From contig CAZZFE010000016.1 of the NCBI GenBank assembly GCA_964653495.1, forward strand, positions 2,689-66,688: 64,000 bases of DNA, given 5' to 3'. Below are positions 1 to 9,765 of this stretch, in pieces. A model generated the notes under the pieces. It had not been told where the DNA came from. It did not search any database and saw nothing but the letters and a program-made list of their open reading frames with translations. Numbering within the stretch: position 1 is the stretch's first letter; each line of letters opens with the position of its first letter. Position numbers and translations under genes: made by a program. The DNA is from an uncultured Terricaulis sp. (GTDB taxonomy: Bacteria > Pseudomonadota > Alphaproteobacteria > Caulobacterales > Aquidulcibacteraceae).

Positions 1-2
1 AG

Positions 3-638
3 GCGCCGGCGCAGGAGTTTCCGTTGTGGCGCGGCGACTTGCTTGTCGCGTCGATGATCAGCGAGACGCTCTATCGCGTGCGCTTGCGCGGCCGGCAGGT
101 GATCTCGGTTGAGCCGATGCCGATGGGTAAGCGCATCCGCGATATCGTCGCGCTGCCGGATGGGCGCGTTGTGCTGCTGATGGATTTCGGCTCGCTCGTG
201 ATCCTGCAGCGTCAGCGTGAAGGGGAAGAAGCGCCACCGCCGGAGATGCCGGAGCGCTTCATTGGCTACGCCGCGCTGGCGCGGAGCCGCGCGGCCGATC
301 CCTCGCTCAACCAACAACTCGATCAGCGCGAGTTTGGGCGGCGCTTGTTCGATGCGTCGTGCGCGCAATGCCATTCGCTGGATGGGACGGCGAGTGTTGG
401 CCCGACGCTGCAAGGCGTGCTTGATCGCCGTATCGGGTCGCTGCCGGACTACGCGTACTCGCAAGCGATGCGCGAGGCGCGCGGAAATTGGACGCTGGAG
501 CGGCTCGCTCTGTTCGTCACTGATCCGGAGGGCACGATTCCCGGCACGACGATGCCTCACACCGGCGTGCACTATCACGAGTTCGGCAATCTCTATGCCT
601 ATCTGTGGGAACGCCAACGCGCGGAGGAGCGTGAGTAG
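3..638 (+). CDS. 3' part of a PQQ-dependent glucose/sorbosone dehydrogenase-like beta-propeller fused to a C-terminal class I cytochrome c (5'-truncated by window edge)
   Basis: WRGDLLVAS...RIRDIVALPDG propeller end; CAQCH heme motif, GPTLQGV and IPGTTM cytochrome c2-type motifs. Confidence 0.75.
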   Translation, partial: APAQEFPLWRGDLLVASMISETLYRVRLRGRQVISVEPMPMGKRIRDIVALPDGRVVLLMDFGSLVILQRQREGEEAPPPEMPERFIGYAALARSRAADPSLNQQLDQREFGRRLFDASCAQCHSLDGTASVGPTLQGVLDRRIGSLPDYAYSQAMREARGNWTLERLALFVTDPEGTIPGTTMPHTGVHYHEFGNLYAYLWERQRAEERE

Positions 639-693
639 CGCTTGCAACGTCGAGGCGATTTGAGCGAGGCTGCCGCCAGTACCGGGGGCTTCT

Positions 694-1167
694 ATGCGTC
701 AATTCCTTATCGCTTGCGCACTTTTGTTCGGCGCAGTCGCGCAACCCGCCGCCGCACAGCCGACGCGCGTCGAGATGGCGCAAGAGCTTGTGCGTTTGCT
801 CGATATCGAGGCCGCCTTCGTCGACATGTTCGAGGTGCTGACGCCAATCATGAGCGCGGCGATTTCGCAGGAAATGGGGCTGAGCTCGAGCGATGCTGAG
901 CGCCTGACCGGGCTCTTCAACGACGAGATGCGGGCAGGGATGCCGGAGCTGATGGCGTCGATGGCGGATGTGTACGCGAGCGAGTTGTCAGAGCAGCAGC
1001 TGATTGAAATCACCGCCTTCCTGCGTTCGCCTGCTGGCCGCGCGCTGGTGAGCAGCCAGAGCGCGGCGCAAGCGCGGCTTGAGGGGCTGGGCGAGCAATT
1101 CGGCATAAGAGTCGCGGAGCGTGCAGTCGCGCGCTTCGTTCAAGCGCGCTCGCAGCCGCCAACCTGA
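694..1167 (+). CDS. DUF2059-family exported protein
   Basis: Signal peptide; YASELSEQQLIEITAFLRSPAGRALV matches the DUF2059 pattern. Confidence 0.75.
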   Translation: MRQFLIACALLFGAVAQPAAAQPTRVEMAQELVRLLDIEAAFVDMFEVLTPIMSAAISQEMGLSSSDAERLTGLFNDEMRAGMPELMASMADVYASELSEQQLIEITAFLRSPAGRALVSSQSAAQARLEGLGEQFGIRVAERAVARFVQARSQPPT

Positions 1168-1198
1168 AACAAAACGGCCGCCCCGAAGGGCGGCCGTA
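1168..1198 (-). terminator. Intrinsic terminator between convergent genes
   Basis: ACGGCCGCCC-CGAA-GGGCGGCCGT hairpin followed on the minus strand by TTTTGTTT. Confidence 0.75.
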
Positions 1199-1221
1199 AG
1201 CGAACGCGTTGAGCCTCGCTC

Positions 1222-2493
1222 TCAATTGTAGAGCAACGCGTCCAAGATGATGCCGGTGGCGATCGCCACGAGCAGGATGTCGCCGTCCGAGTACACGTAG
1301 CGGCAGCCGTATGGCGCCGGCGGCAGGCGGTAGTAGAGATCCCACGGAACCGGCTCCCACCACATCCAATCCGGGATCACGTAGCCGACGGACCAGCGAC
1401 GGTAGGGACGATGCCAGCCGTCATAGCTCCACCAATAATAATCGCGCCCGTAATAGCCGCGCACGATCGAGGCGTAGCCGTAGTCGAAATAATAGCCGTG
1501 CCGCACGCGCCGCCAGTCATTGTAGCGCGGGCGTTGGAAGTCGCGGTGCGTGTTCCAATAGGGGCGATAGCGCGCATCGTGACGGCCGCGATCCCAGTCG
1601 CGACGCCAATGATCGTTGTCGGCCCAATCGCGACGTCCGTCGCGGCCCCAGTCACGACCGCCGCGTTGATCGCGTCCGCCGCGATCCCAGTTGCGGCCAT
1701 CGCCACGGCCGCCACGGCCGTCTCTCACATCGCCACGGCCGCGCCCGTCGCCGTCCCAGCGACGATCTGGGCCATCGCGTCGCGCGTTGTCGTTGGCCCA
1801 ATCGCGGCGTTGGCCGTCATTGTTGTTGTTCCAATCGCCACGGCGGCCATCGCCATCGCGACGGCCTTCGCCGCGCCGATTGGCGTCGCCGCCTGGACGT
1901 TGTTGGCCGGCCCATTCGCGGCGTTGGCCTTCGCCGTTCCATTGCCGCTGACGTTGACCGTCGCCGCGCGCGCCGTCGCCGCGTTGGCCTTCGCCGCCGC
2001 GCCACTGACGTTGCTCGCCGCCTTGCGGGCCGCCAGCCAGTTCGCGATCGCCGCGGCCTTCGCGGCCACGCCATTGTTGTTGTTGCTGCTGTTCTTGCTG
2101 TTGTTGCTGGCCTTGCCATTCGCGACGCCGGCCTTCGCCGCCATCGCCACGCTGGCCATCACCGCGCCCGCGCCAAGCTTGCTGCTCGCCGCCGCCTTCG
2201 CGTTGACCGCCACGCCATTCGCGTTGCGGCTGCTGTTGTTGGGGACGGGCTTCGCCGCCGCCATTGTTAGCGCCGCGCCATTGGCGTTCGCCGCCGCCAT
2301 CGCCGCGACGCTCGCCGCCATCGCCACGGCGTTCACCGCCGCCGTCGCCACGCCGGCCACGATCTCCGCGATCGCCGCCGCGTTCACCTCGCTCGGCGCG
2401 ACCGCCTCGATCCTCTCTCTGCGCATAAGCTGCCGGCGTCATAAGCGCCGACAGGCTCAAAGCGGCCACCGCCGCCATGAGGACGTTCTTCAT
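1222..2493 (-). CDS. RcnB-family exported protein with a long Gly/Arg/Gln low-complexity region
   Basis: ATG at 2493 with GGGAG RBS; signal peptide ending AYA; C-terminal YRLPPAPYGCRYVYSDGDILLVAIATGII RcnB motif. Confidence 0.75.
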   Translation of the reverse strand: MKNVLMAAVAALSLSALMTPAAYAQREDRGGRAERGERGGDRGDRGRRGDGGGERRGDGGERRGDGGGERQWRGANNGGGEARPQQQQPQREWRGGQREGGGEQQAWRGRGDGQRGDGGEGRRREWQGQQQQQEQQQQQQWRGREGRGDRELAGGPQGGEQRQWRGGEGQRGDGARGDGQRQRQWNGEGQRREWAGQQRPGGDANRRGEGRRDGDGRRGDWNNNNDGQRRDWANDNARRDGPDRRWDGDGRGRGDVRDGRGGRGDGRNWDRGGRDQRGGRDWGRDGRRDWADNDHWRRDWDRGRHDARYRPYWNTHRDFQRPRYNDWRRVRHGYYFDYGYASIVRGYYGRDYYWWSYDGWHRPYRRWSVGYVIPDWMWWEPVPWDLYYRLPPAPYGCRYVYSDGDILLVAIATGIILDALLYN

Positions 2494-2558
2494 CGTGAGG
2501 CTCCCATGTGCGTCCTCAGCGGACACACCCTCGCAAGTTTGATGCTGGAGCTTGCCGC

Positions 2559-2586
2559 CTGAACGCAGGCTGAACGGCGTCTGAAC
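2559..2586 (-). promoter_or_regulatory. Three CTGAAC direct repeats at an 11-bp period upstream of the rcnB-like gene (putative regulator site)
   Basis: CTGAAC at 2559, 2570 and 2581. Confidence 0.45.
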
Positions 2587-2604
2587 GAACTGTCGCGTCG
2601 CCGT

Positions 2605-3240
2605 TCAGGCGAGCATGCCGTGCAGCAGGACGTTCACGCCGGCGGCGACGTGCGCTTTCAGCTCATCCTCTGTGGGCGCGTAGGTCGCGTCGGCGAGGGC
2701 GCGGTAATGATGCCGCGCGCGCATCAGTTCGAGGAAGAACGAGGCCGAAGCGTCGGGATCGGCCACTTTCTGGCCGTCGGCGCTCACATGGTTGGCGAGA
2801 TAAACCATCACCGCGCTGCGCACCGAGGCCGCGCCGCCTTTGCCGATATAGCGCTGGAGCAGGTGCGGGAATTTCGCGCCTTCGCCGATGGTGATGCGGT
2901 AAAAAGATAAGTTGTCGGGCTTCAGGAAGGACTGGATGATCTTCAGTCCAATGATCTTCAGCCCTTCTTCGAGGTGCAGGCCCTCGGCTTCCTCGGTTGA
3001 GAAATCGGCGATGAAGCGCGCGTGCTGATCCTCCATGACGGCGAGGAACAGGCCTTCCTTGTTGCCGAACTGGGCATAGAGGGTCGCAAGCGAGCCGCCG
3101 GCGTGGCGCACGACTTCGTTCACGTTCGCGGCTTCGTAGCCCCGAGCGAGGAATTCGGCGCGCGCGGCGACCAGGAACGCCTGCCGGCGCGCCGAGCCGC
3201 GATCCGTCACGCGCGATTCCGCAGGCGCGATTTCCGCCAC
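2605..3240 (-). CDS. TetR/AcrR family regulator
   Basis: N-terminal HTH GGSLATLYAQFGNKEGLF; divergent from the efflux operon. Confidence 0.9.
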   Translation of the reverse strand: MAEIAPAESRVTDRGSARRQAFLVAARAEFLARGYEAANVNEVVRHAGGSLATLYAQFGNKEGLFLAVMEDQHARFIADFSTEEAEGLHLEEGLKIIGLKIIQSFLKPDNLSFYRITIGEGAKFPHLLQRYIGKGGAASVRSAVMVYLANHVSADGQKVADPDASASFFLELMRARHHYRALADATYAPTEDELKAHVAAGVNVLLHGMLA

Positions 3241-3411
3241 GTGTCACTCCTCCCGGCGCGGACGATAGGCAAAGTGTGTCAGCAAGCAAGGCCATCGACA
3301 AACTATTACAGCTGATAGCCTAGGCGTGCTTGGCTAGGCCGATTTCCCGCTTGCGCTTGACGTAACGGTCGCTACATATTGAATCATTCTTTCAGGGATC
3401 AGCGCATAGCC

Positions 3412-4386
3412 ATGCCAGATGACGCCGGGCTGACGCCGCCCCGGGCCCCGCTCACGCGGGCCCGGCTGCAAGCCATTTCCGAACGCCTCGGAAAGCGCCG
3501 TATCGCGCTGGCGTTCGGGGCGCTGGCGCTCGTTGTTCTGGGCTTCGTCGGCTTCAACTGGTTCACGATCGGCCGCTATCAGGTCGCCACCGACAACGCC
3601 TATGTGCGCGCCGACATCTCGATGCTTTCGGCCAAGGTCGAGGGCTATGTGCGCGAACTGCCGGTGGCCGAGAACCAGCCGGTGCACGCGGGCGACATCG
3701 TCGCCCGTCTCGAAGCCACGGATTACGAAGCCCGCGTCGCCGCCGCCCGCGCCGCGCTCGCGCAAGCGCAAGGTGCGCGCGCAACGCAAAGCGCCCAGCG
3801 TGCGCTCGCCGCGTCCGACGTGGAGCGCTACCGCCCGCTGGCGGAGCAGGGGCTGCTCTCTCCCGCGCGCATGCAGCAGATCGAGATTCAAGCGCGTCAG
3901 GCCGGTAGCGGCTTGGCCTCCGCCAACGCGGCCATCGACGCCGCGCGCGCGCAGCTGGAAGCGGCCGAGCTTGATCTTGAGCGCACCGTGATCCGCGCGC
4001 CCATCGATGGCGTGGTTGGTGATCGGCAAGTGCAAGTCGGCCAGCTCGTGCGCCCCGGTTCGCCGATGATGGCGGTGGTGCCGCTGCAAGCGGTTTATGT
4101 CGTCGCGAATTTCAAGGAGACGCAGATCGCGCATTTCCACGAAGGCCAGTCGGTGACGATCCGCCCCGACATCGCTCACGATCTGCGCCTGCACGGCACG
4201 CTTGAATCGATCGCGCCCGCCAGCGGTACGGAATTTTCGATCATCCCGACCGACACCGCGACCGGCAATTTCACCAAGATCGTGCAGCGCGTGCCGGTGC
4301 GCATTCGCATCGATCCGGGGCAGGACGGCGCAAACCTGCTGCGTCCGGGCCTCTCAGCCAGCGTCAGTGTGGACACGCGCGGATGA
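3412..4386 (+). CDS. HlyD/EmrA-type membrane fusion protein
   Basis: TDNAYV, ANFKETQ and TGNFTKIVQRVPVRI motifs. Confidence 0.9.
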   Translation: MPDDAGLTPPRAPLTRARLQAISERLGKRRIALAFGALALVVLGFVGFNWFTIGRYQVATDNAYVRADISMLSAKVEGYVRELPVAENQPVHAGDIVARLEATDYEARVAAARAALAQAQGARATQSAQRALAASDVERYRPLAEQGLLSPARMQQIEIQARQAGSGLASANAAIDAARAQLEAAELDLERTVIRAPIDGVVGDRQVQVGQLVRPGSPMMAVVPLQAVYVVANFKETQIAHFHEGQSVTIRPDIAHDLRLHGTLESIAPASGTEFSIIPTDTATGNFTKIVQRVPVRIRIDPGQDGANLLRPGLSASVSVDTRG

Positions 4387-5967
4387 GCGACGCCCCAGAA
4401 GGGCTGCCGACGGATACACCGCCGCTCGCAATCTGGATTGGCTTCATCGCCATGGTCGTCGGCCAATTCATGGCCGTGCTCGACATTCAGATTGTCGCCA
4501 GCGCCTTGGGCGCGATCCAGGCCGGCGTCTCCGCCAGCCGCGATGAAATCTCCTGGGTTCAAACCTCGTACCTGATCGCCGAAGTCATCGGCATTCCGCT
4601 CTCGGGCTTCCTTGGCCGCGCGCTCGGCACGCGTCTACTGTTCTGTCTCTCCGCGCTCGGCTTCACGTTCTCGAGCCTGCTCTGCGCGTTCGCGTGGGAC
4701 ATCAATTCGCTGATCGCCTTCCGGGCCGCTGCAGGGCTTCAGCGGCGCGGCGATGATCCCGACGGTGATGGCGACGCTCTATCTCGTCTTCCCGCCGCGC
4801 TTGCAGCCGATGACGGGCGCGATGATGGGCATGGTGATCACGCTGGCGCCGTCGCTGGGGCCGACGCTTGGCGGCATGATCGCTGAAGCGCTTGGCTGGC
4901 GGGCGCTGTTCTGGATCAATGTCGTGCCCGGCCTGCTGATCACGTTCGTGATCTGGAACACGATGACGACGCTGGGCAAAGGCAGCTTCGATCTGTTGAA
5001 GAAGATCGACGTCGTCGGCTTACTGGGGCTCGCCATGTTCCTCGGTGCGGCGGAATACGTGCTGGAAGAGGGGCCGGCGAACGAATGGTTTGCCTCGGCC
5101 GAGGTGTCGCTCTGGGCGCTCGTCAGCATCGCCGGCGGCGTGTTGTTCTTCTGGCGCGCGCTCAACCACGACACCCCGATCGTCGATCTGAAACCGTTCG
5201 CCACGCCCACCTTCGCGATCGGCGCGACGCTTGGCTTCATCCTTGGGCTTGGCCTCTTCAGCTCCGTGTTCCTGACGCCGCTCTTCCTGGGCTCGGTGCG
5301 CGGGTACTCCGCGCTGCAGATCGGCCACACGATGTTCGTGCAGGGCGCGGTGATGTTCCTCACCGGCCCGCTGGTCGGCGTGCTCGCGCGCACCATGCCC
5401 GACACGCGCCCGCTTGGATTTCTCGGCTTTGTGCTCGTGGCGCTGAGCTGCTGGATGCAGGCCACGCTCACGCATGAATCCGCGTTCTGGGAGCTGGCTT
5501 GGCCGCAGGTCGTGCGTGCGCTGGGGCTGATGCTCACGTTCCAATCAGTGATGCAGCCGGCTCTGCAATCGCTGCCGCCGCAATTGCTGCATTCAGGCGC
5601 GGGCCTCTTCAACACCATGCGCAATCTCGGCGGTGCGTTCGGCATTGCTGGCCTTGCGACCGTGCAGGCGCACTCGTTCGCGCTGCACCGGCAGGAGCTT
5701 TACTCCGCCGTCGATCCGCAGAACCCGCACGTCCAGCAGATGCTCTCCGGCAGCGCCGCTTATCTGGCGCAAGCGGGCGCGGTCGATCCCGAGCGCCAGG
5801 CGCTTATGTATTATGCCGGCATGCTTGATCGCGAGGCCTTGGTGATGACGTTCAACGACCAGTTCCTCTTCCTGGCCGTCGTCATCGGGATTTCGTCGTT
5901 CGCGATGTTCGCCTTGAAGCCGTCAGCGCGCCGCACGGCGGCGCTGCGCGAAGCGGCGGCGCACTAG
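4383..5967 (+). pseudogene. EmrB/QacA (DHA2) MFS efflux permease split by one extra base near 4726-4728 (pseudogene or sequence error)
   Basis: LDIQIV and WVQTSYLIAE in the first frame; removing one base from TTC CGG GCC G CTG CAG GGC restores FRALQGFSGAAMIP. Confidence 0.8.
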
Positions 5968-6452
5968 CTCGTCAGCGCTTCCTTGATCGCGCCCAGCATT
6001 TGCGGGCCGAGCGGTGCGGCTTTGGCGTTGAACGTATCGACCAAAGCGCCGTCCTTGCCGATCAGGATTTTGTGGAAGTTCCAGCGCGGCAGCGCGCCTT
6101 CGCCCAATTCGTGGGCGATCCAGTCATAGAAGGGATGGCGGCGGTCGCTGTTGACGATCTCGACCTTGCCGGTCATCGGAAACTTCACGTGATATTTGCT
6201 GTCGCAAAACTCGTGGATGGCGTGCTCGTCGCCCGGCTCTTGAGCGCCGAAATCGTTGCAGGGCACGCCGATCACGACGAGGCCCTTTTCCGCCTTGGAC
6301 TCATAGAGCGCTTCCAGGTCCCGATATTGTGGGGTGAAGCCGCAGGCGCTGGCCACGTTCACCACAAGGATCGCCTTGCCGGCGTAGTCGGACAGCTTGA
6401 TCTCGCCAGGCGCATCGAGCTTGGCGAAGGTAAAGTCGTGGGCGGTGGTCAT
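5964..6452 (-). CDS. Glutathione peroxidase
   Basis: VNVASACGFTPQY, PCNDFGAQEPG and WNFHKIL motifs. Confidence 0.93.
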   Translation of the reverse strand: MTTAHDFTFAKLDAPGEIKLSDYAGKAILVVNVASACGFTPQYRDLEALYESKAEKGLVVIGVPCNDFGAQEPGDEHAIHEFCDSKYHVKFPMTGKVEIVNSDRRHPFYDWIAHELGEGALPRWNFHKILIGKDGALVDTFNAKAAPLGPQMLGAIKEALTS

Positions 6453-6557
6453 TTCGGTCCTACCGGGGAGGCGGGGCGGTTTAGACCCGTCGCGCGGCGG
6501 CGGCAATGCCGGTCGCCTGTAAGGTGGCGTTCAATTCGCAGTGTGCTAGGAGGAGAT

Positions 6558-6605
6558 ATGGCTACGCCCTTCGGACTACGAATTCGCCACCCGGCCTACG
6601 TTTGA
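6558..6605 (+). CDS. Putative 15-aa leader peptide of ileS (MATPFGLRIRHPAYV)
   Basis: Strong AGGAGGAG RBS before ATG 6558; single Ile codon; 3' end overlaps a hairpin at 6589-6628. Confidence 0.5.
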   Translation: MATPFGLRIRHPAYV

Positions 6606-6671
6606 GCTAACGCTCCGTGGGACCGGGTCGTTCCTGCTAGCCTCATGCCAAGTTCAAACGGAGATTCGACC

Positions 6672-9617
6672 GTGGCCGATGCGCCTTCTGGTCGCGACTA
6701 TCGCGAAACCCTCTTTCTTCCCGACACCCCGTTCTCGATGCGCGCAGGTTTGCCGCAAAAGGAGCCGGAGCAGGTCAAACGCTGGGCCGAGCTTGGCCTC
6801 TACAAGCTGCTGCGCGCCGATGGCGCGAGCCGGCCGAAATACTTTCTGCACGACGGCCCGCCCTACGCGAACGGCGCCATCCACATCGGGCACGCCGAAA
6901 ACAAGATCCTGAAAGACATGGTCGTCCGCACGCGGCAGATGACCGGCTGGGATTCCGATTACGTGCCTGGCTGGGATTGTCACGGCCTGCCGATCGAGTG
7001 GAAAGTCGAGGAAGATTTCCGCAAAGCCGGCCGCAAGAAGCAGGACGTGCCGGCGGTCGAGTTCCGCAAAGCCTGCCGCGAATATGCCGACAAATGGATC
7101 CCGCTGCAGCGCGAGGAATTCACACGCCTCGGCATCGAAGGCGATTGGGACAATTACTACACGACGATGAGCTTCGAAGCCGAAGCCGCCATCGCGCGCG
7201 AGTTCATGCGCGTGGTGAGGACGGGCTTGGTGTATCGCGGCTCAAAGCCGGTGATGTGGAGCCCGGTGGAGCGCACCTCGCTCGCCGAAGCTGAGGTGGA
7301 GTATCAAGAGAAAACATCACCGACGATCTGGGTGAAGTTTCCGATCCAGAGCCGCCCTGGCGTCAGCGTCGTCATCTGGACGACGACTCCTTGGACGATC
7401 CCTGGCAATCGCGCGATCTCGTACTCGCCGACGATCAGCTACGGCGTGTACCAGGTCGACATCATCGAGCAGGGCCTTGCTTTCGAGCCGTGGGTGAAGG
7501 TTGGCGACAAGCTCGCGCTCGCCGACAAGCTCGCTGAAGACGTGATGCGCGCTGCGAAAGCGGCGACATGGTCGCGCGTCGATGATTTCGATGGCGCGGG
7601 CCTCAAGTGCGCGCACCCGTTCCACGGCAAGGGATACGATTTCGACGTTCCGCTGCTCGCCGGCGATCATGTCACCGACGACGCCGGCACCGGCTTCGTG
7701 CACACCGCGCCGAGCCATGGCGCGGACGACTTTGTGATCTGGACGAAGCATTTCGGCCAGGAAGGCATCCCGTTCACGGTCGACGAAGACGGTCGCTTCA
7801 CCAAGGAAGCACCAGGCTTTGAAGGACTCGAAATCCTGCAGCTTGAAGGCAAAAATCTGGGCAAGGATGGCCCCGCCAACAAAGCTGTCATCGATGCGCT
7901 GATCGAGGCCGGCGCGCTGCTCGCGCGCGGGCAGCTGAAGCACTCGTATCCGCACTCGTGGCGCTCAAAGGCGCCGCTGATCTTCCGCAACACGCCGCAA
8001 TGGTTCATCGCGCTCGATAAGCCGTACGCCGAAGGCGGCGGACGCACGTTGCGCGAAGTCGCGCTCTCGGAGATCGAGCGCGTCGATTGGGGCCAGAAGC
8101 GCACGGGCGAAGACAGCGGCTACAATCGCATCAAGGGCATGATCAAGGATCGTCCCGATTGGCTCGTCTCGCGCCAGCGCGCCTGGGGCGTGCCGCTGCC
8201 GATCTTCGTCAGCAAAGCCGACGCGTCGATCCTCATGGACGATGAGGTCGATGCGCGCATCAGTGCCGCGATGCAGCAGGGCGGCGCCGACGCTTGGTGG
8301 GCGACGCCGGCGCAAACTTTCCTCGGCGCGAAATATAAGGCTGAGGATTACGAAAAGGTCGAAGACATCTTGGATGTCTGGTTCGATTCCGGCTCCACGC
8401 ACGCGTTCGTCGTCGGCGAACGCGATGCGCCGACGCGCCCGTCGTTCCTCAACCCGCACTCGATCGTCTATCTCGAAGGCTCGGACCAGCATCGCGGCTG
8501 GTTTCATTCATCCTTGCTCGAAAGCTGCGCCACGCGCGGCCGCGCGCCGTACGACGAGGTGATCACGCACGGCTTTGCCGTGGACGAGAAGGGCTTCAAG
8601 CAATCGAAGTCGCTCGGCAACGTCGTCGAGCCGCAGACGGTGGCGAACCAGAACGGCATCGAAATCCTGCGCCTGCTGATCGCCAGCGCCAATTACGGCG
8701 ACGACCTCCGGATGGGCAAAACCATCATGGAGCAATCGAGCGAAACCTACCGCAAGCTCCGCAACACGCTGCGTTACCTGCTCGGTGCACTGCGGGATTA
8801 CAGCGACGACGAGCGTTTGCCGCTGACGCCGGGCCGGGTCGAAAGCCACGATCCGGAAATGGCGCCATTGCTGGAGCGCTGGTTGCTGCATCGCCTGTGG
8901 CAGCTCGATCAGGTCGTGCGCGAGGGCTATCGCACCTACGAATTCCGCGCCGCGGTCAGCGCCATCGTCGAATTCTGCAACGTTGATCTCTCGGCGTTCT
9001 ACGTCGATGTCCGCAAGGACGCGCTCTATTGCGACGCGCCGAACTCGCTGCGCCGTCGCGCGTGTCGCATGGTGCTAGACGAAACGTTCTCGCGCCTCAC
9101 CGCGTGGCTTGCGCCAGTGCTGCCGTTCACGACGGAAGAAGCCTGGCTCACGCGCTTCCCTGACACCGTGTCGGTGCACCTCCGGCAATTCCCGGAAACG
9201 CCGGAGACCTGGCAGGACGATTTCGCCGCCGAACAAGTCGCGCGCCTGCGCGATGTGCGCGGCGTCGTCACCGGCGCGCTTGAACTGGCGCGCGCGGAAA
9301 AACGCATCGGCGCTTCGCTCGAAGCCAGCCCACGCGTGTTCGTTTCCGGCGATAGCGTGCGTTCGCTGCTGCAATCGGTCGATTTCGCGGAACTCTGCAT
9401 CACCTCGGGAATCAGCATCGAAGCGGGCGAGGGGCCGGAGGCGGCGTTCCGCTTGCCGGAGGTATCGGGTGTTGCGGTGGTCGTCGAGCGCGCGGGCGGC
9501 GTGAAGTGCGCGCGTTCGTGGAAGTATTTCGATCCCGCCACTGCCGATCCGGAATTCCCGGACATCACCGCGCGTGACGCCGAAGCCGTGCGCGCATGGG
9601 AGGCCGCCCGTGGCTGA
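6672..9617 (+). CDS. ileS: Isoleucine--tRNA ligase
   Basis: LHDGPPYANG, HIGH, GWDCHGLPIE, WTTTPWT and KQSKS (KMSKS variant); GTG start with GGAG RBS. Confidence 0.97.
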   Translation: MADAPSGRDYRETLFLPDTPFSMRAGLPQKEPEQVKRWAELGLYKLLRADGASRPKYFLHDGPPYANGAIHIGHAENKILKDMVVRTRQMTGWDSDYVPGWDCHGLPIEWKVEEDFRKAGRKKQDVPAVEFRKACREYADKWIPLQREEFTRLGIEGDWDNYYTTMSFEAEAAIAREFMRVVRTGLVYRGSKPVMWSPVERTSLAEAEVEYQEKTSPTIWVKFPIQSRPGVSVVIWTTTPWTIPGNRAISYSPTISYGVYQVDIIEQGLAFEPWVKVGDKLALADKLAEDVMRAAKAATWSRVDDFDGAGLKCAHPFHGKGYDFDVPLLAGDHVTDDAGTGFVHTAPSHGADDFVIWTKHFGQEGIPFTVDEDGRFTKEAPGFEGLEILQLEGKNLGKDGPANKAVIDALIEAGALLARGQLKHSYPHSWRSKAPLIFRNTPQWFIALDKPYAEGGGRTLREVALSEIERVDWGQKRTGEDSGYNRIKGMIKDRPDWLVSRQRAWGVPLPIFVSKADASILMDDEVDARISAAMQQGGADAWWATPAQTFLGAKYKAEDYEKVEDILDVWFDSGSTHAFVVGERDAPTRPSFLNPHSIVYLEGSDQHRGWFHSSLLESCATRGRAPYDEVITHGFAVDEKGFKQSKSLGNVVEPQTVANQNGIEILRLLIASANYGDDLRMGKTIMEQSSETYRKLRNTLRYLLGALRDYSDDERLPLTPGRVESHDPEMAPLLERWLLHRLWQLDQVVREGYRTYEFRAAVSAIVEFCNVDLSAFYVDVRKDALYCDAPNSLRRRACRMVLDETFSRLTAWLAPVLPFTTEEAWLTRFPDTVSVHLRQFPETPETWQDDFAAEQVARLRDVRGVVTGALELARAEKRIGASLEASPRVFVSGDSVRSLLQSVDFAELCITSGISIEAGEGPEAAFRLPEVSGVAVVVERAGGVKCARSWKYFDPATADPEFPDITARDAEAVRAWEAARG

Positions 9618-9705
9618 CATTCCAACCTATGTCGGCCCGGTGATCGTCGTGCTGGCCGTGATCGCCTTCACGGTCTGGATCATCGCGCGCGGCAAGAAGG
9701 ATTGA
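9610..9705 (+). CDS. 31-aa single-pass membrane protein coupled to the ileS stop
   Basis: GGGAGG RBS; GTG start 8 nt overlap with ileS end; MADIPTYVGPVIVVLAVIAFTVWIIARGKKD. Confidence 0.55.
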   Translation: MADIPTYVGPVIVVLAVIAFTVWIIARGKKD

Positions 9706-9765
9706 TCGAACGCAGGGCGTGCGCGGTTCTGATAAGCTGTGCTCGGCGCTAAGCGGAGAACGGCG

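Noticed and set aside
1311-2562. Several long ORFs overlapping the rcnB-like gene
   Set aside because: Shadow frames of a GC-rich low-complexity gene; no motifs.
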